NCBI GenBank assembly: GCA_011390245.1
Contig: JAABSR010000002.1
Span: 1-53,294 of the forward strand
DNA: 53,294 nucleotides
Direction: 5' to 3'
Origin: Campylobacterales bacterium
GTDB lineage: Bacteria > Campylobacterota > Campylobacteria > Campylobacterales > JAABSR01
Shown here: positions 32,610-41,918 of the stretch, in pieces
Layout of the letters: every line of letters begins with the position of its first letter
Numbering within the stretch: the stretch's first letter is position 1
Notes under the pieces: model-generated
Told to the model about the DNA's origin: nothing
What the model saw: the letters and a program-made list of their open reading frames with translations, nothing else
Databases searched by the model: none
Position numbers and translations under genes: made by a program

Positions 32610-33464
32610 GTGGGAAAATTGGAAAAAATAAGAGATATCTTAAAAGTCGTAGTAGATTCTAAAAGATTTCAGTGGTTTATTACAGCACTAATTGTGATAA
32701 ATGGTATCACTATGGGGCTTGAGACTTCAAAAGAGTTTATGTCAGGCGACATTGGGCCATATTTGCTTGCACTTGATAAAGCTATCATTATTATATTTGT
32801 GATTGAGATAATCCTTAGGATCTATGTCCATAGGCTTAGTTTTTTCAAAGATCCATGGTCTTTGTTTGACTTTTTTGTCGTCTCAATCTCTATTATACCA
32901 ACTAGTGGAGACTTGGCAATTCTTAGGGTTTTGAGGGTTCTTAGGTTATTTAGGCTAATTACAGTAATTCCTCAGATGAGAAGAATTGTAGGAGCACTTC
33001 TAGCAGTCATTCCAGGTATAGGTTCAATCTCTATGATACTTACACTATTTTTTTATGTGTTTGCTATCATGGCAACAAATCTTTTTGGGGATAAGTTTCC
33101 GCAGTGGTTTGGAACAATAGGCGAATCCATGTACTCACTTTTTCAGATTATGACACTAGAATCATGGTCGATGGGAATTGTTAGACCTGTAATGGAGATA
33201 TATCCTTATGCGTGGATGTTTTTTGTTCCTTTTATATTGATAGTCACTTTTGTCATGGTAAATCTTTTTGTAGCTATCATAGTAGATGCTATGAGTGCTC
33301 TTAAAGAGGATGGAGAGGAGAAACTTCATGAAGAGCTTGAGGTGAGCAGTAAACATATAGAACAAGAGGTTAGTAGAGAGATAAGTGAGCTAAAAGATGA
33401 GATAAGAGGATTGAGAGAGCTTATCAAAGAGAGTAGCCTTGCTCAAAACTCTAGGCATCCATAA
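32610..33464 (+). CDS. Bacterial voltage-gated sodium channel (BacNav, NavAb-like)
   Basis: S4 [13 protein letters not shown], selectivity filter TLESWSM, S6 [15 protein letters not shown] and a C-terminal coiled coil. Confidence 0.96.
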   Translation: MGKLEKIRDILKVVVDSKRFQWFITALIVINGITMGLETSKEFMSGDIGPYLLALDKAIIIIFVIEIILRIYVHRLSFFKDPWSLFDFFVVSISIIPTSGDLAILRVLRVLRLFRLITVIPQMRRIVGALLAVIPGIGSISMILTLFFYVFAIMATNLFGDKFPQWFGTIGESMYSLFQIMTLESWSMGIVRPVMEIYPYAWMFFVPFILIVTFVMVNLFVAIIVDAMSALKEDGEEKLHEELEVSSKHIEQEVSREISELKDEIRGLRELIKESSLAQNSRHP

Positions 33465-34689
33465 CGATTCTGTTCTTGCCATCATGCTTTGCTTTGACCA
33501 TCAAGGAGTAGGCATTTTCTACCATGTTTTCCAAAGAGCTATCAAAATATGTAGTGATCCCAATAGAGACGCTAAAGCCTATCTCCTCACCTTCAAATAG
33601 AAGAGGCTCACTTTCTAGCTCTTTTTTGAATGCCTCATAGAGAGTATAGATTTTGTTTTCATCTACACCTATATCTAGCAATGCAATAGTATCCCCACCA
33701 AATCTAGTAGCTATTGTCTCATCATCTGTTACCTCTAAGATATCTCTAGCTATCTTTATAATTAGCTCATTTCCAGCTTGATAACCATACTTTTTGTTTA
33801 TGATGTTTAAATCATCAATGCCAATAACTGCCATAGATGTAACTACAGACTCCTTTTTTGCAAGTAGATAAGGAATTTTGCAGAGTTTGTAAAAATATGG
33901 AAGAGTGTAAGCACTGGTCATATAGTCATACTTATCTTTGCTAATAGAGTTTTCCACCTCATCTACGCACTCTAAAATATTATCTATTTTGTATGCAAAA
34001 AGTGAGTACTCCATGGCCTCTACCATATAGTCATCAACTCCAATTTTCATAAGCTCTGAGAGTTTAGTTGCATCAAATTTACTAACTGCAGAGATGATTT
34101 TTACAATCTTTTTACTACTTTTTATCTCTCTAGTTAGATTCTTTATCACTTCAAAATCGATTCTATCATCAATAATCACTACTTTGATATCACTACTCTC
34201 TTGAAATTTTAGCAGAGCCGCACTGCTATCTTTGAAATATGCATGATCTATCAATATCCTATTGAAATTTGAGCCAATAACTTTTAGAAACTCTTCATCT
34301 TCAGAGAGCACTAAAGCTTTGTAGTTTATGTTTCTTCTAACGCTTTTGATAGTTTTGATTATTCGCTCTGCATCATCTGTACCGCCTTTTGTATTTAGGT
34401 GGATTATATTGTTCGCTTCTTTTATTTTATCTTTTATAACAGATGTGTTTCCAGTTAGTACAATAGTTGGAAGGTTTTTTTCTTTTAAAAAATCTATCAC
34501 CTCTCCATCAAGTGCATCTTGCAATACCAAGCCACTAACTGCAAGTAAAAAGCTGTTTCGCTCCACTAGCTCTTCTGCCTCTTTTAGTGAATTTGCCATT
34601 TTTGCATGTACTGTAAGCTCACTCTCTATAGAGTTTTTGAGGTGCTTTGTAAGTGCTTGAGAGCTATCAATTAATAATATTTTCTCCAT
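33451..34689 (-). CDS. REC-REC-GGDEF protein (CbrR-like architecture), degenerate
   Basis: Two receiver-like domains and a GGDEF fold ([35 protein letters not shown]). Confidence 0.8.
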   Translation of the reverse strand: MEKILLIDSSQALTKHLKNSIESELTVHAKMANSLKEAEELVERNSFLLAVSGLVLQDALDGEVIDFLKEKNLPTIVLTGNTSVIKDKIKEANNIIHLNTKGGTDDAERIIKTIKSVRRNINYKALVLSEDEEFLKVIGSNFNRILIDHAYFKDSSAALLKFQESSDIKVVIIDDRIDFEVIKNLTREIKSSKKIVKIISAVSKFDATKLSELMKIGVDDYMVEAMEYSLFAYKIDNILECVDEVENSISKDKYDYMTSAYTLPYFYKLCKIPYLLAKKESVVTSMAVIGIDDLNIINKKYGYQAGNELIIKIARDILEVTDDETIATRFGGDTIALLDIGVDENKIYTLYEAFKKELESEPLLFEGEEIGFSVSIGITTYFDSSLENMVENAYSLMVKAKHDGKNRIVMDA

Positions 34690-34736
34690 TTTTCGCCTCC
34701 TAAATCAAGTACATTCTATAAAAACTTTCTTAAAGC

Positions 34737-36569
34737 TTAATTATTTCCTTTTGGTAAAGTGATGATAAACTCTGCACCAAATTCACTATTTCTAGCTTTT
34801 ATGTTGCCCTTTAGTGTATGTTTTATGGAGTTTTTGACATTATACAATCCAAGCCCCTTCTCTCTTGATTTGAAGCTTGTAGTGGTGTAGGGCTCAAACA
34901 ACTTTGTAGGAAGTAGCTCTTCATCTATACCACCACAATTATCTCTGATATATATTAAGAAGTGATCCTCTCTTGCTTCACAGCCACAAGATAGCTCTAT
35001 TTTTGGCTCCTTGATTTTTCTAGCAATTGAGATATCTCTAACATTTAGCATCATTGAGAATAGGATATCAACAATAGCACCCTTTTGTACTTTGAATTCA
35101 CAATCTTGGCAAGATTTATAGACATACTCTATGTTGGCACCTACAATGATATGACCTGCAAGTTTTTTGGAGAGTTCATAAGCTTTTTTTAGGTTGATAT
35201 ATTCACTATCTGCACTTTTGTAGTGGGAGGTTAGGTCTGTTATGGTTTTTGAGAGGGCAGAGAGTTCATCTACTGATTTCGAGATTATCTCATTTATCTT
35301 TTGTGGATTGCCATCATCGTATTCTATCAAATCCCCTATGTTTTGAATGCTAATTGCTACAACATTTAGAGGCTGTCTCCACTGATGTGCTAGATTTAAG
35401 AGTAGCTCGCCCATAGCCTCATTTTTCATCTGCTCTTGCATGATTAGCTGCTGCTCTTTCTCTTTCTCTATGGCCTTCTCTATTTTTATTTGCAGGTTGG
35501 CATTTAGCTCTTTTAGCTCGCCTTCTCTACTTTTTATAGATTCAAGCATCCTATGGAAACTCTCTGAGAGGGGCTTTATCTCTTTATAGACAAAAGTTGG
35601 CATATCAATATCATATCTACCTTGTGATATCAGCTCACTTTTTTGGGCAAAAACCTCTAGAGGCATAAATATATTTTTTGAGCTAACTCTATAAAATATA
35701 TATATGTACACTGCTTCTATTATAATTGCCAAAAAAATCAAGTAATAAAAAAGTGACAAAAGACTAAAAGCATCACTTTTTTTAGCGAAAATACCCATGT
35801 ACAAATCTCTATCTTCTAGTCTTTTTACTTTTCCAACTAAAGACTCATCACCCTCTTTGTACACTATACTGTTGATCTCATCTTTGCTTTTCAAGAGAGG
35901 GTGGTTTGAGATATTTACCCTCTCTTTGACCATCTCTCTATCTTCTGAACTAAAGATTAAATTTCCGCTACTATCTACTAAAAAAGCTTGATAAAAGCTC
36001 TCTTTTCCAATATCACTCACTATCTCATCAAGCTTTTGTAGGTTTAGATTTGCAAAAACAATAAACTCTTCATATCTTTTTACATAGACTATTGTTGGTT
36101 CATTGCTAAAAATAGAGGTAGAGATGTTTTTGCTTATCTTTTTATCCTCCAAAATATTAGTAAAAAAATCCATATTTGAGAAATCAAAACCTATTAGATA
36201 CTCCAAGTCATCATCTTGTTTTGTAGTAAACTTTAGAAGCTTTCCACTTTTAGAGAGGATTCCTGCTGCTTCAAAGTAGCTATTGTGCTCTAGAAAATTA
36301 TTCAAAAGTGATTTTTGCATCTCATTAGGGCTTAATTTTATAGTTTCGCTTAGTGTTAAAAAGTAGAGCTCAGTAGAAGAGAGAAACTCATCGACCCTTT
36401 TTAGGGTGGTTTTTTCTATTAGTGCAATATTGCTATCTAGATTTGCTCTAATTTCCTCTTTTATAAAAAAGGATGCTAGGATAATTGCAATAATTGAGGG
36501 TAATATCACACCAAGAAAAATATAAAGAGAGTATTTCCCTTTTAGGCTAGAGCTTTTCAAATCTTCCAT
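34737..36569 (-). CDS. Sensor histidine kinase (dCache-like, HAMP, HisKA, HATPase)
   Basis: Two TMs, HAMP, H-box LAHQWRQPLN, DNCGGI, FEPYTTT and GLGLY. Confidence 0.93.
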   Translation of the reverse strand: MEDLKSSSLKGKYSLYIFLGVILPSIIAIILASFFIKEEIRANLDSNIALIEKTTLKRVDEFLSSTELYFLTLSETIKLSPNEMQKSLLNNFLEHNSYFEAAGILSKSGKLLKFTTKQDDDLEYLIGFDFSNMDFFTNILEDKKISKNISTSIFSNEPTIVYVKRYEEFIVFANLNLQKLDEIVSDIGKESFYQAFLVDSSGNLIFSSEDREMVKERVNISNHPLLKSKDEINSIVYKEGDESLVGKVKRLEDRDLYMGIFAKKSDAFSLLSLFYYLIFLAIIIEAVYIYIFYRVSSKNIFMPLEVFAQKSELISQGRYDIDMPTFVYKEIKPLSESFHRMLESIKSREGELKELNANLQIKIEKAIEKEKEQQLIMQEQMKNEAMGELLLNLAHQWRQPLNVVAISIQNIGDLIEYDDGNPQKINEIISKSVDELSALSKTITDLTSHYKSADSEYINLKKAYELSKKLAGHIIVGANIEYVYKSCQDCEFKVQKGAIVDILFSMMLNVRDISIARKIKEPKIELSCGCEAREDHFLIYIRDNCGGIDEELLPTKLFEPYTTTSFKSREKGLGLYNVKNSIKHTLKGNIKARNSEFGAEFIITLPKGNN

Positions 36570-37647
36570 CTTTTATATGTAGGAGCATATTATCATGATC
36601 TATGATATCGCCAAATCTATTTAGTTTATACTCTTTTTGAAGACCATCAAATTTGCCAATCTCTAAAATGCTCTTTTTTAGTTTTGAAATATCGCTATCT
36701 TTTTTTAGTGCTTGAGCTATAAAATTTATAGTCTCATAAGATCTTAGAGCGTAGGCTTTAGGCTCAACACCAAATCTCTTTTTGTATTTTTCTTTGAACT
36801 CTAAAAATTTTGGCTCTTGTGAGCGATGATAGTAGTTGCTAACAATCACCATCCCCTCAACCGCTTTTCCACCAAAAGAGATAAGCTCATCTGAATAAGC
36901 AGAAGCTGAGGAGTAAAATTTTACATCATCTCTGTAGTTTTTAATTATTTGAGCTATTTTTGCAGTAGTTGATGCATCAGAAGAGATTACAACCGACTCA
37001 ATAGTGCTATCTAGATTCTTTAAGATATCCTCTTTAAAATTGGTACTATTATCCACTTTGAACAAAATAGATTCTCCTCCATTATCTTTGAAGATACTTT
37101 GAAATCTCAAAGCCCAATCCATAGAGTAGGTGATATTTTTAGAATCATAAATCATCAAAACTTTGTTGATATTTTCACTTATTATGTGACTAGTTATCTT
37201 GCCTATTGCGTTTTTATCTTCTGGTATGCCAAAACGGATAAAGTTATCATCTTTGTTGTTGAAGTAGTCACTGCTTACAGTTGGACTAATGAGTAGGAAA
37301 TCCTTAGAAATTTGATTTTCAAGCAGCTCTTTTGCCATAGAACTTGTCACTGGACCAAGGACAATCATTGAACCACTATTTTTGATTTTCTGAGCTATTT
37401 TGTTTATTTCTGAGCTATTTTGTTTATCATCGTGTATCTCTATCTCTACTTTTTTGCCACCAATTCCACCTTTGGAGTTTATCTCCTCAACTCCAAGAAG
37501 CAAACCATCTCTTACTTGTATCCCTATTGATGAGTATTCGCCCGTGATTCCAGCTATTAGAGCTATTTTTATATGCTCCTCTTTCATTGAAGAGAAGAGC
37601 ATAAATGCACTCAAAAATATCAAAAATAGTACAATAAATACTTTCAT
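36547..37647 (-). CDS. LivJ/LivK-like (type I) periplasmic ligand-binding protein
   Basis: IKIALI..ITG, EINSKGGIGGK, DDK, LGPVTSS, ISPT, G.AVEG and F.GL...NRFGD motifs. Confidence 0.9.
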   Translation of the reverse strand: MKVFIVLFLIFLSAFMLFSSMKEEHIKIALIAGITGEYSSIGIQVRDGLLLGVEEINSKGGIGGKKVEIEIHDDKQNSSEINKIAQKIKNSGSMIVLGPVTSSMAKELLENQISKDFLLISPTVSSDYFNNKDDNFIRFGIPEDKNAIGKITSHIISENINKVLMIYDSKNITYSMDWALRFQSIFKDNGGESILFKVDNSTNFKEDILKNLDSTIESVVISSDASTTAKIAQIIKNYRDDVKFYSSASAYSDELISFGGKAVEGMVIVSNYYHRSQEPKFLEFKEKYKKRFGVEPKAYALRSYETINFIAQALKKDSDISKLKKSILEIGKFDGLQKEYKLNRFGDIIDHDNMLLHIKDGRFEKL

Positions 37648-37788
37648 GTGGCTATCTTTTTAGCAAGAGAGCTGCAAGAAAAGAGATTTTTTGAAAATAT
37701 ACAAAATAGATACCTTATTTTGAATTTTATACGATTCTATCAAAAATAATATAGAACTATTATAATTTTGATATTTTTTAAATATCTA

Positions 37789-38781
37789 TTATCTTTTTAC
37801 AAACCTGCACATCTTAAATCTATCTCCCATAAACATAGGGTCAATTAGTGTTTTTACCTTGTTTAGCTCTCTTAGATAAATATTTTGGCTGCTATTTTTT
37901 TGAAGAATATCAAGTAGCTCTAAAAGCCCAAAGTCAATTAATGCACTATTTTGATTTTTGATTTTTTCAGTTAAAAAGCCAGCTCTTTTGAACTCATCTA
38001 CCAAAAAACCAAAGAATAGATCATAGGTTATATCGCTTTTTCCATACAGCTCTTTTAGGTTTGCTTCTTTATCAAAGAGAGGCAATACTTTATGGTCTTT
38101 ATAGATTCTGATATTAAAATCACCCCTATGAAGCTCTTTGCCATAATCAAAAGCTATAAACTCTACGCTATCTCCACACTCAAAAAGCTCTTTTGCAAAC
38201 TTATAAAATCCTAGAGGAATTTCACCTCTTTTTATGTTATATTTTTTTGCAACCTCAAAAGCTTCATTTTCACATTTTGCAAACTCTATTTTGAAATCCT
38301 CAACAAAAGCCAACTTCTCCTCGTGTAAAAGCTCACATGGAAAGGCATCAAAAAGCTCATTTGCATACGCAAAAACTGATTTCTCTTCTATCTCTTCTAT
38401 CTCTTTTACATGATTGATTTTTATCTCATCTCCAAAAGATTTGTAGAAGTAGCTCTTTTGAATCTTCTCTAGATAGGGCAGGGGTTCTACTACAGTAAAT
38501 TTCAAAGAGTAAACAAGCTCTCGCTCAAGAGTGTACAAAAACTGAATAATATCTGCCATGAGATACCCTCTATCAGCTCCTATCTCTATGATGGTTGATT
38601 CTCTATCTAACCTTTTTGCATCTATCTCTTTTTTGATATGATTTGCAATAGAACCCCCAAAAAATCTACTAGCACTTACAGATGTGTAAAAATCACCCTC
38701 TTTTCCTATGCTCTCTATATTTGAATAGTAACCACTCTCCCCATAGAGCCACTCTTTGAAAAACTCACTAAAGATGGTCAA
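37789..38781 (-). CDS. SAM-dependent methyltransferase, MidA/NDUFAF7 family
   Basis: GYYS, GKEGDFYTS, EIGADRG, ANELFDAFP, FDYG and SDITY motifs. Confidence 0.9.
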   Translation of the reverse strand: MTIFSEFFKEWLYGESGYYSNIESIGKEGDFYTSVSASRFFGGSIANHIKKEIDAKRLDRESTIIEIGADRGYLMADIIQFLYTLERELVYSLKFTVVEPLPYLEKIQKSYFYKSFGDEIKINHVKEIEEIEEKSVFAYANELFDAFPCELLHEEKLAFVEDFKIEFAKCENEAFEVAKKYNIKRGEIPLGFYKFAKELFECGDSVEFIAFDYGKELHRGDFNIRIYKDHKVLPLFDKEANLKELYGKSDITYDLFFGFLVDEFKRAGFLTEKIKNQNSALIDFGLLELLDILQKNSSQNIYLRELNKVKTLIDPMFMGDRFKMCRFVKR

Positions 38782-39977
38782 CTTTTTATCTTTGCATAGA
38801 TATCTAACAAAATAAGATCTCTATCTATATCAAAAATCTCTAGTTCTAGCTCTTTTTGCTCTTTTGAGTTTCTCATAACGGAGAGATCATATATTGTGCT
38901 CTCTCCAGCCTCAACCCTATCTTTGGTACTTTTTAGAAGTGAGGAGTATTTTTTGATGTTCTCTTCTGATATCTCTTTCTTTTTCTTTATGATCTCTAGT
39001 TTGTTTAGGCTTTTTTTGTAGAGGTTTCTCTCCTCTTCTTTTTTTTGGTTTAGAGCTAGTGATGCTTGTAGATACTCTATGTTGCTAATCTCTATTCTGT
39101 TTTTGATGTTTATATCAAATAGGGGCATGGAGAATACTAATCCAACAGTAGAGTACTCATTTTTGCCAGCTTGGGAGCCTCTAAAAGGGTTTTCTACTCT
39201 TTGGTTTATATATTCAGCATTCAGCGATATAGTAGGTAAAAATGTCGTAATAATACCAGCTCTTTTGTATCTCTTCTGCTCTATCTCATCTTTGGCTACT
39301 GCTAGTTCTATGTTTTTATTTATGAATCTATCCATCTCTACTAGCTCAAATTTTGGAGGCTCTATCTCTTCTATTTTTTTATCACTCAAATTTGAGAAAA
39401 CTTCTAGGAGATTCTCTTTTGATTTTTCAAGTTCAAGTATTGCCATCTCAGCACTATTTTTATCCACTATGGCATTATCTAATATATTTCCATCTATTAG
39501 CCCAGCTAAGAAGTGCTCCTCTTTTCTTTCAACATCTATTTTCGCATTTTCTAGTAGAAGTTTTGCTTTTTTTATCTCCAAATCTATTTTTTTGAAATTC
39601 AAAGTTGTAGAGAGAAGTGTTTTTATAAGTTCCCTCTCCTTTTTTTCTATGAGTTTAAGCCCGACCTCTTTTGTGGCAGAGGCGTACTTTATACCATAGT
39701 AGATACCTCCACTTTTGAATATAGGCTGAGATAGTGAAATTTTAAAAATCCTACTCTCTTGAGCTGGGCTGCTATCTCTATTTCTAAGATCAGAGTAGCT
39801 AATAAATACTCTCTCAACCCAATCTGTGCTAAGTTTGCTACTCTCCTCTTTTAGTTTCTCTTTCTCTAAATCTATCTCTCTATTTTTTAGGGATGAGAGT
39901 AGCTCATTTTGAGCAAGAAGTGGAGATAGAAAAAAAGAGAAAAAAAGAGAAAATATTAGGGTTAAAAGTATCTTCAT
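38778..39977 (-). CDS. TolC-family outer-membrane efflux protein
   Basis: Signal peptide and two OEP repeats (SLSQPIFKSG; FLPTISL..., SMPLFD) with long coiled coils. Confidence 0.85.
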   Translation of the reverse strand: MKILLTLIFSLFFSFFLSPLLAQNELLSSLKNREIDLEKEKLKEESSKLSTDWVERVFISYSDLRNRDSSPAQESRIFKISLSQPIFKSGGIYYGIKYASATKEVGLKLIEKKERELIKTLLSTTLNFKKIDLEIKKAKLLLENAKIDVERKEEHFLAGLIDGNILDNAIVDKNSAEMAILELEKSKENLLEVFSNLSDKKIEEIEPPKFELVEMDRFINKNIELAVAKDEIEQKRYKRAGIITTFLPTISLNAEYINQRVENPFRGSQAGKNEYSTVGLVFSMPLFDINIKNRIEISNIEYLQASLALNQKKEEERNLYKKSLNKLEIIKKKKEISEENIKKYSSLLKSTKDRVEAGESTIYDLSVMRNSKEQKELELEIFDIDRDLILLDIYAKIKS

Positions 39978-41158
39978 ATATCCTCTAGTGCCCTTATTAA
40001 TCGCTCAAACCCCTCATCTATCTCGTATTTGCTAATAGTGAGAGGAGGTAAAAATCTAACGGTATTTTTGCCTGCTTTTAGAAGTAGCAATCTCTTTTGA
40101 AAAGACTCCTCGATAACCTTTTTTTGAATATCACTGCTTTTTGCTCTCAAGCCTCTAATTAGACCTAGCCCCACCTCTAAGTCAAAAAGAGTGCTATATT
40201 TGTTGCAAACATCTCTTAGTCTCTTCTCAAAATAGATTATAGACCTATCAAGCTCTCCACTATCTTTAAGCTCTCCTAGTATATTCATCACCTCCAAGCC
40301 TGCTGCACTTGAGAGGAAATTGCCTCCAAAAGTGCTACCATGATCTCCTGGTGAGAAGATATCTTTAAGCGTAGTTAGCACACAACCTATAGGAACTCCA
40401 CCTGCTAGAGCTTTTGCTAAAGTTATGATATCTGGCTCTATCTCGTATAGATTTGAGGCAAGCATCTCCCCACTTCTATAGATTCCAGTTTGCACTTCAT
40501 CAATTATTAGTAGTATGTCCTTGCTCTTTAAAACCTTTTCTAGAGATTTTACCTCCTCTTTATCCATTGGCTCTACGCCACCCTCACCTTGCACTAGCTC
40601 TATCATTACAGCTACTGTGTGATCATCTAGATTCTTATAAACATCATCTATATTTTTTGCATGAACAAAACCATCAGGATATGGGCCAAAGTAGTTGTGC
40701 ATACTCTCTTGACCAGTCGCTCTTAGTGCAGTTATTGTTCTGCCATGAAAAGAGTTTTCAAGGGTTACTATTTTGTATCTTTTGGGTTTCCCCTCAACCT
40801 CACCATATCTCCTAGCCATCTTTATGGCACCCTCATTTGCCTCGGCCCCACTATTGCAAAAAAAAGCTCTCGCATCAAGTCCACTCTCTTTGACTATTTT
40901 TTGGGCTAGTTTTGCTTGAGGCTCTATGAGGTATAGATTTGAAGTGTGAATGATTTTTGATACCTGCTCACATATGACTCTACTAAGCCTCTCGTTGCCA
41001 TGACCTACATTGCACACGGCTATACCTGAACCAAAATCTATATAATCTACCCCATTTTCATCAAGAAGAGTAGCATTTTTACCACTTTTGAAATTTGTAT
41101 AATTTCTAGCATAAGTGTGTAGTACAAACTCTTTGTCTATCTTCTCTAATTCACTCAT
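39974..41158 (-). CDS. argD: Acetylornithine aminotransferase
   Basis: FFCNSGAEANE, SFHGRT, IIDEVQTG, TLAKALAGG (PLP Lys) and HGSTFGGN. Confidence 0.95.
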   Translation of the reverse strand: MSELEKIDKEFVLHTYARNYTNFKSGKNATLLDENGVDYIDFGSGIAVCNVGHGNERLSRVICEQVSKIIHTSNLYLIEPQAKLAQKIVKESGLDARAFFCNSGAEANEGAIKMARRYGEVEGKPKRYKIVTLENSFHGRTITALRATGQESMHNYFGPYPDGFVHAKNIDDVYKNLDDHTVAVMIELVQGEGGVEPMDKEEVKSLEKVLKSKDILLIIDEVQTGIYRSGEMLASNLYEIEPDIITLAKALAGGVPIGCVLTTLKDIFSPGDHGSTFGGNFLSSAAGLEVMNILGELKDSGELDRSIIYFEKRLRDVCNKYSTLFDLEVGLGLIRGLRAKSSDIQKKVIEESFQKRLLLLKAGKNTVRFLPPLTISKYEIDEGFERLIRALEDI

Positions 41159-41918
41159 CTGCTTTTTCCTTTTTTATCTCTATTTTTACTAGCTCTGAAA
41201 AGATCTCCCTACTATCAACTCCTAATACAACCTCATAAGATGAGATGTTTTTTACATCTGCTACTCTACTTTTTCTAATTATCTTAACCTCTTTTTTCTC
41301 TCCATCTATGTAGATATTTCCACTATCTAGGTTGTCCATATCCTCTCTGCTTACAAATATAGTAAGTTTGCCTCTTGAGAGATCATGAAGATGGGCTATT
41401 TTTGCTCCAGGTGAGAGATAGTCTCCCTCTCTTGGGTATATTTTATCAACATAGAGATTTTTGACTCTTATCTCACTCTTTTTGATTATATCTCGCTCTT
41501 TTGCAATTTGTAGCTTAGTCTCTGCTAGAGAACTTTTTGTTAGATTTAGAGAGTTTTTTGCATCTATTAGTGAGATTAGCTCTCTATCTTTTTCTGTTTT
41601 TGATTTTGTTTTGAGATCTTTTATGGAGTTGTAGTGCTCATCTTTGATTATTACTATCTCCTCTAAAAGTGCTATCCTCTCCTCTATCCTCTTTTTTACT
41701 TCAAGTAGAAGCTCTAGATTCTCCTGATTTATGCTACTATCAATTTTTACTACCACTTCATTTCCTGGCGTTTTGCCCTCAAGTGCAGAATTTACAAAGA
41801 TCACACCACCTGAAGATAGAGATTTTAGCTCTATTGTCTCAATTGGTTCTATTTTTGAGTAGTAGATCTCACCAAAAATGTAACTACATAAAATAAGAGT
41901 AACTAAAATATGTCGCAG
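41151..41918 (-). CDS. HlyD/MFP-like periplasmic adaptor, apparent CTG start
   Basis: Coiled-coil hairpin and lipoyl-like halves (SSGGVIFV; EGDYLSPG..I..L.DLS). The signal peptide lies upstream of the ORF-track start; CTG at 41918 follows SD AAGGA. Confidence 0.72.
   Translation of the reverse strand: MRHILVTLILCSYIFGEIYYSKIEPIETIELKSLSSGGVIFVNSALEGKTPGNEVVVKIDSSINQENLELLLEVKKRIEERIALLEEIVIIKDEHYNSIKDLKTKSKTEKDRELISLIDAKNSLNLTKSSLAETKLQIAKERDIIKKSEIRVKNLYVDKIYPREGDYLSPGAKIAHLHDLSRGKLTIFVSREDMDNLDSGNIYIDGEKKEVKIIRKSRVADVKNISSYEVVLGVDSREIFSELVKIEIKKEKADE

Noticed and set aside
39079-39699. 206-aa antisense ORF inside tolC, and the many other shadow ORFs in the track
   Set aside because: Ser/Phe/Ile/Leu-rich mirror translations of Glu/Lys-rich coding strands, with no recognisable motifs.
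39928-39953. 2.6 copies of a 10-bp unit (AGAAAAAAAG) in the tolC signal-peptide region as a contingency repeat
   Set aside because: Copy number is low, the gene is in frame, and Phe/Ser/Leu codons in AT-rich DNA explain it.
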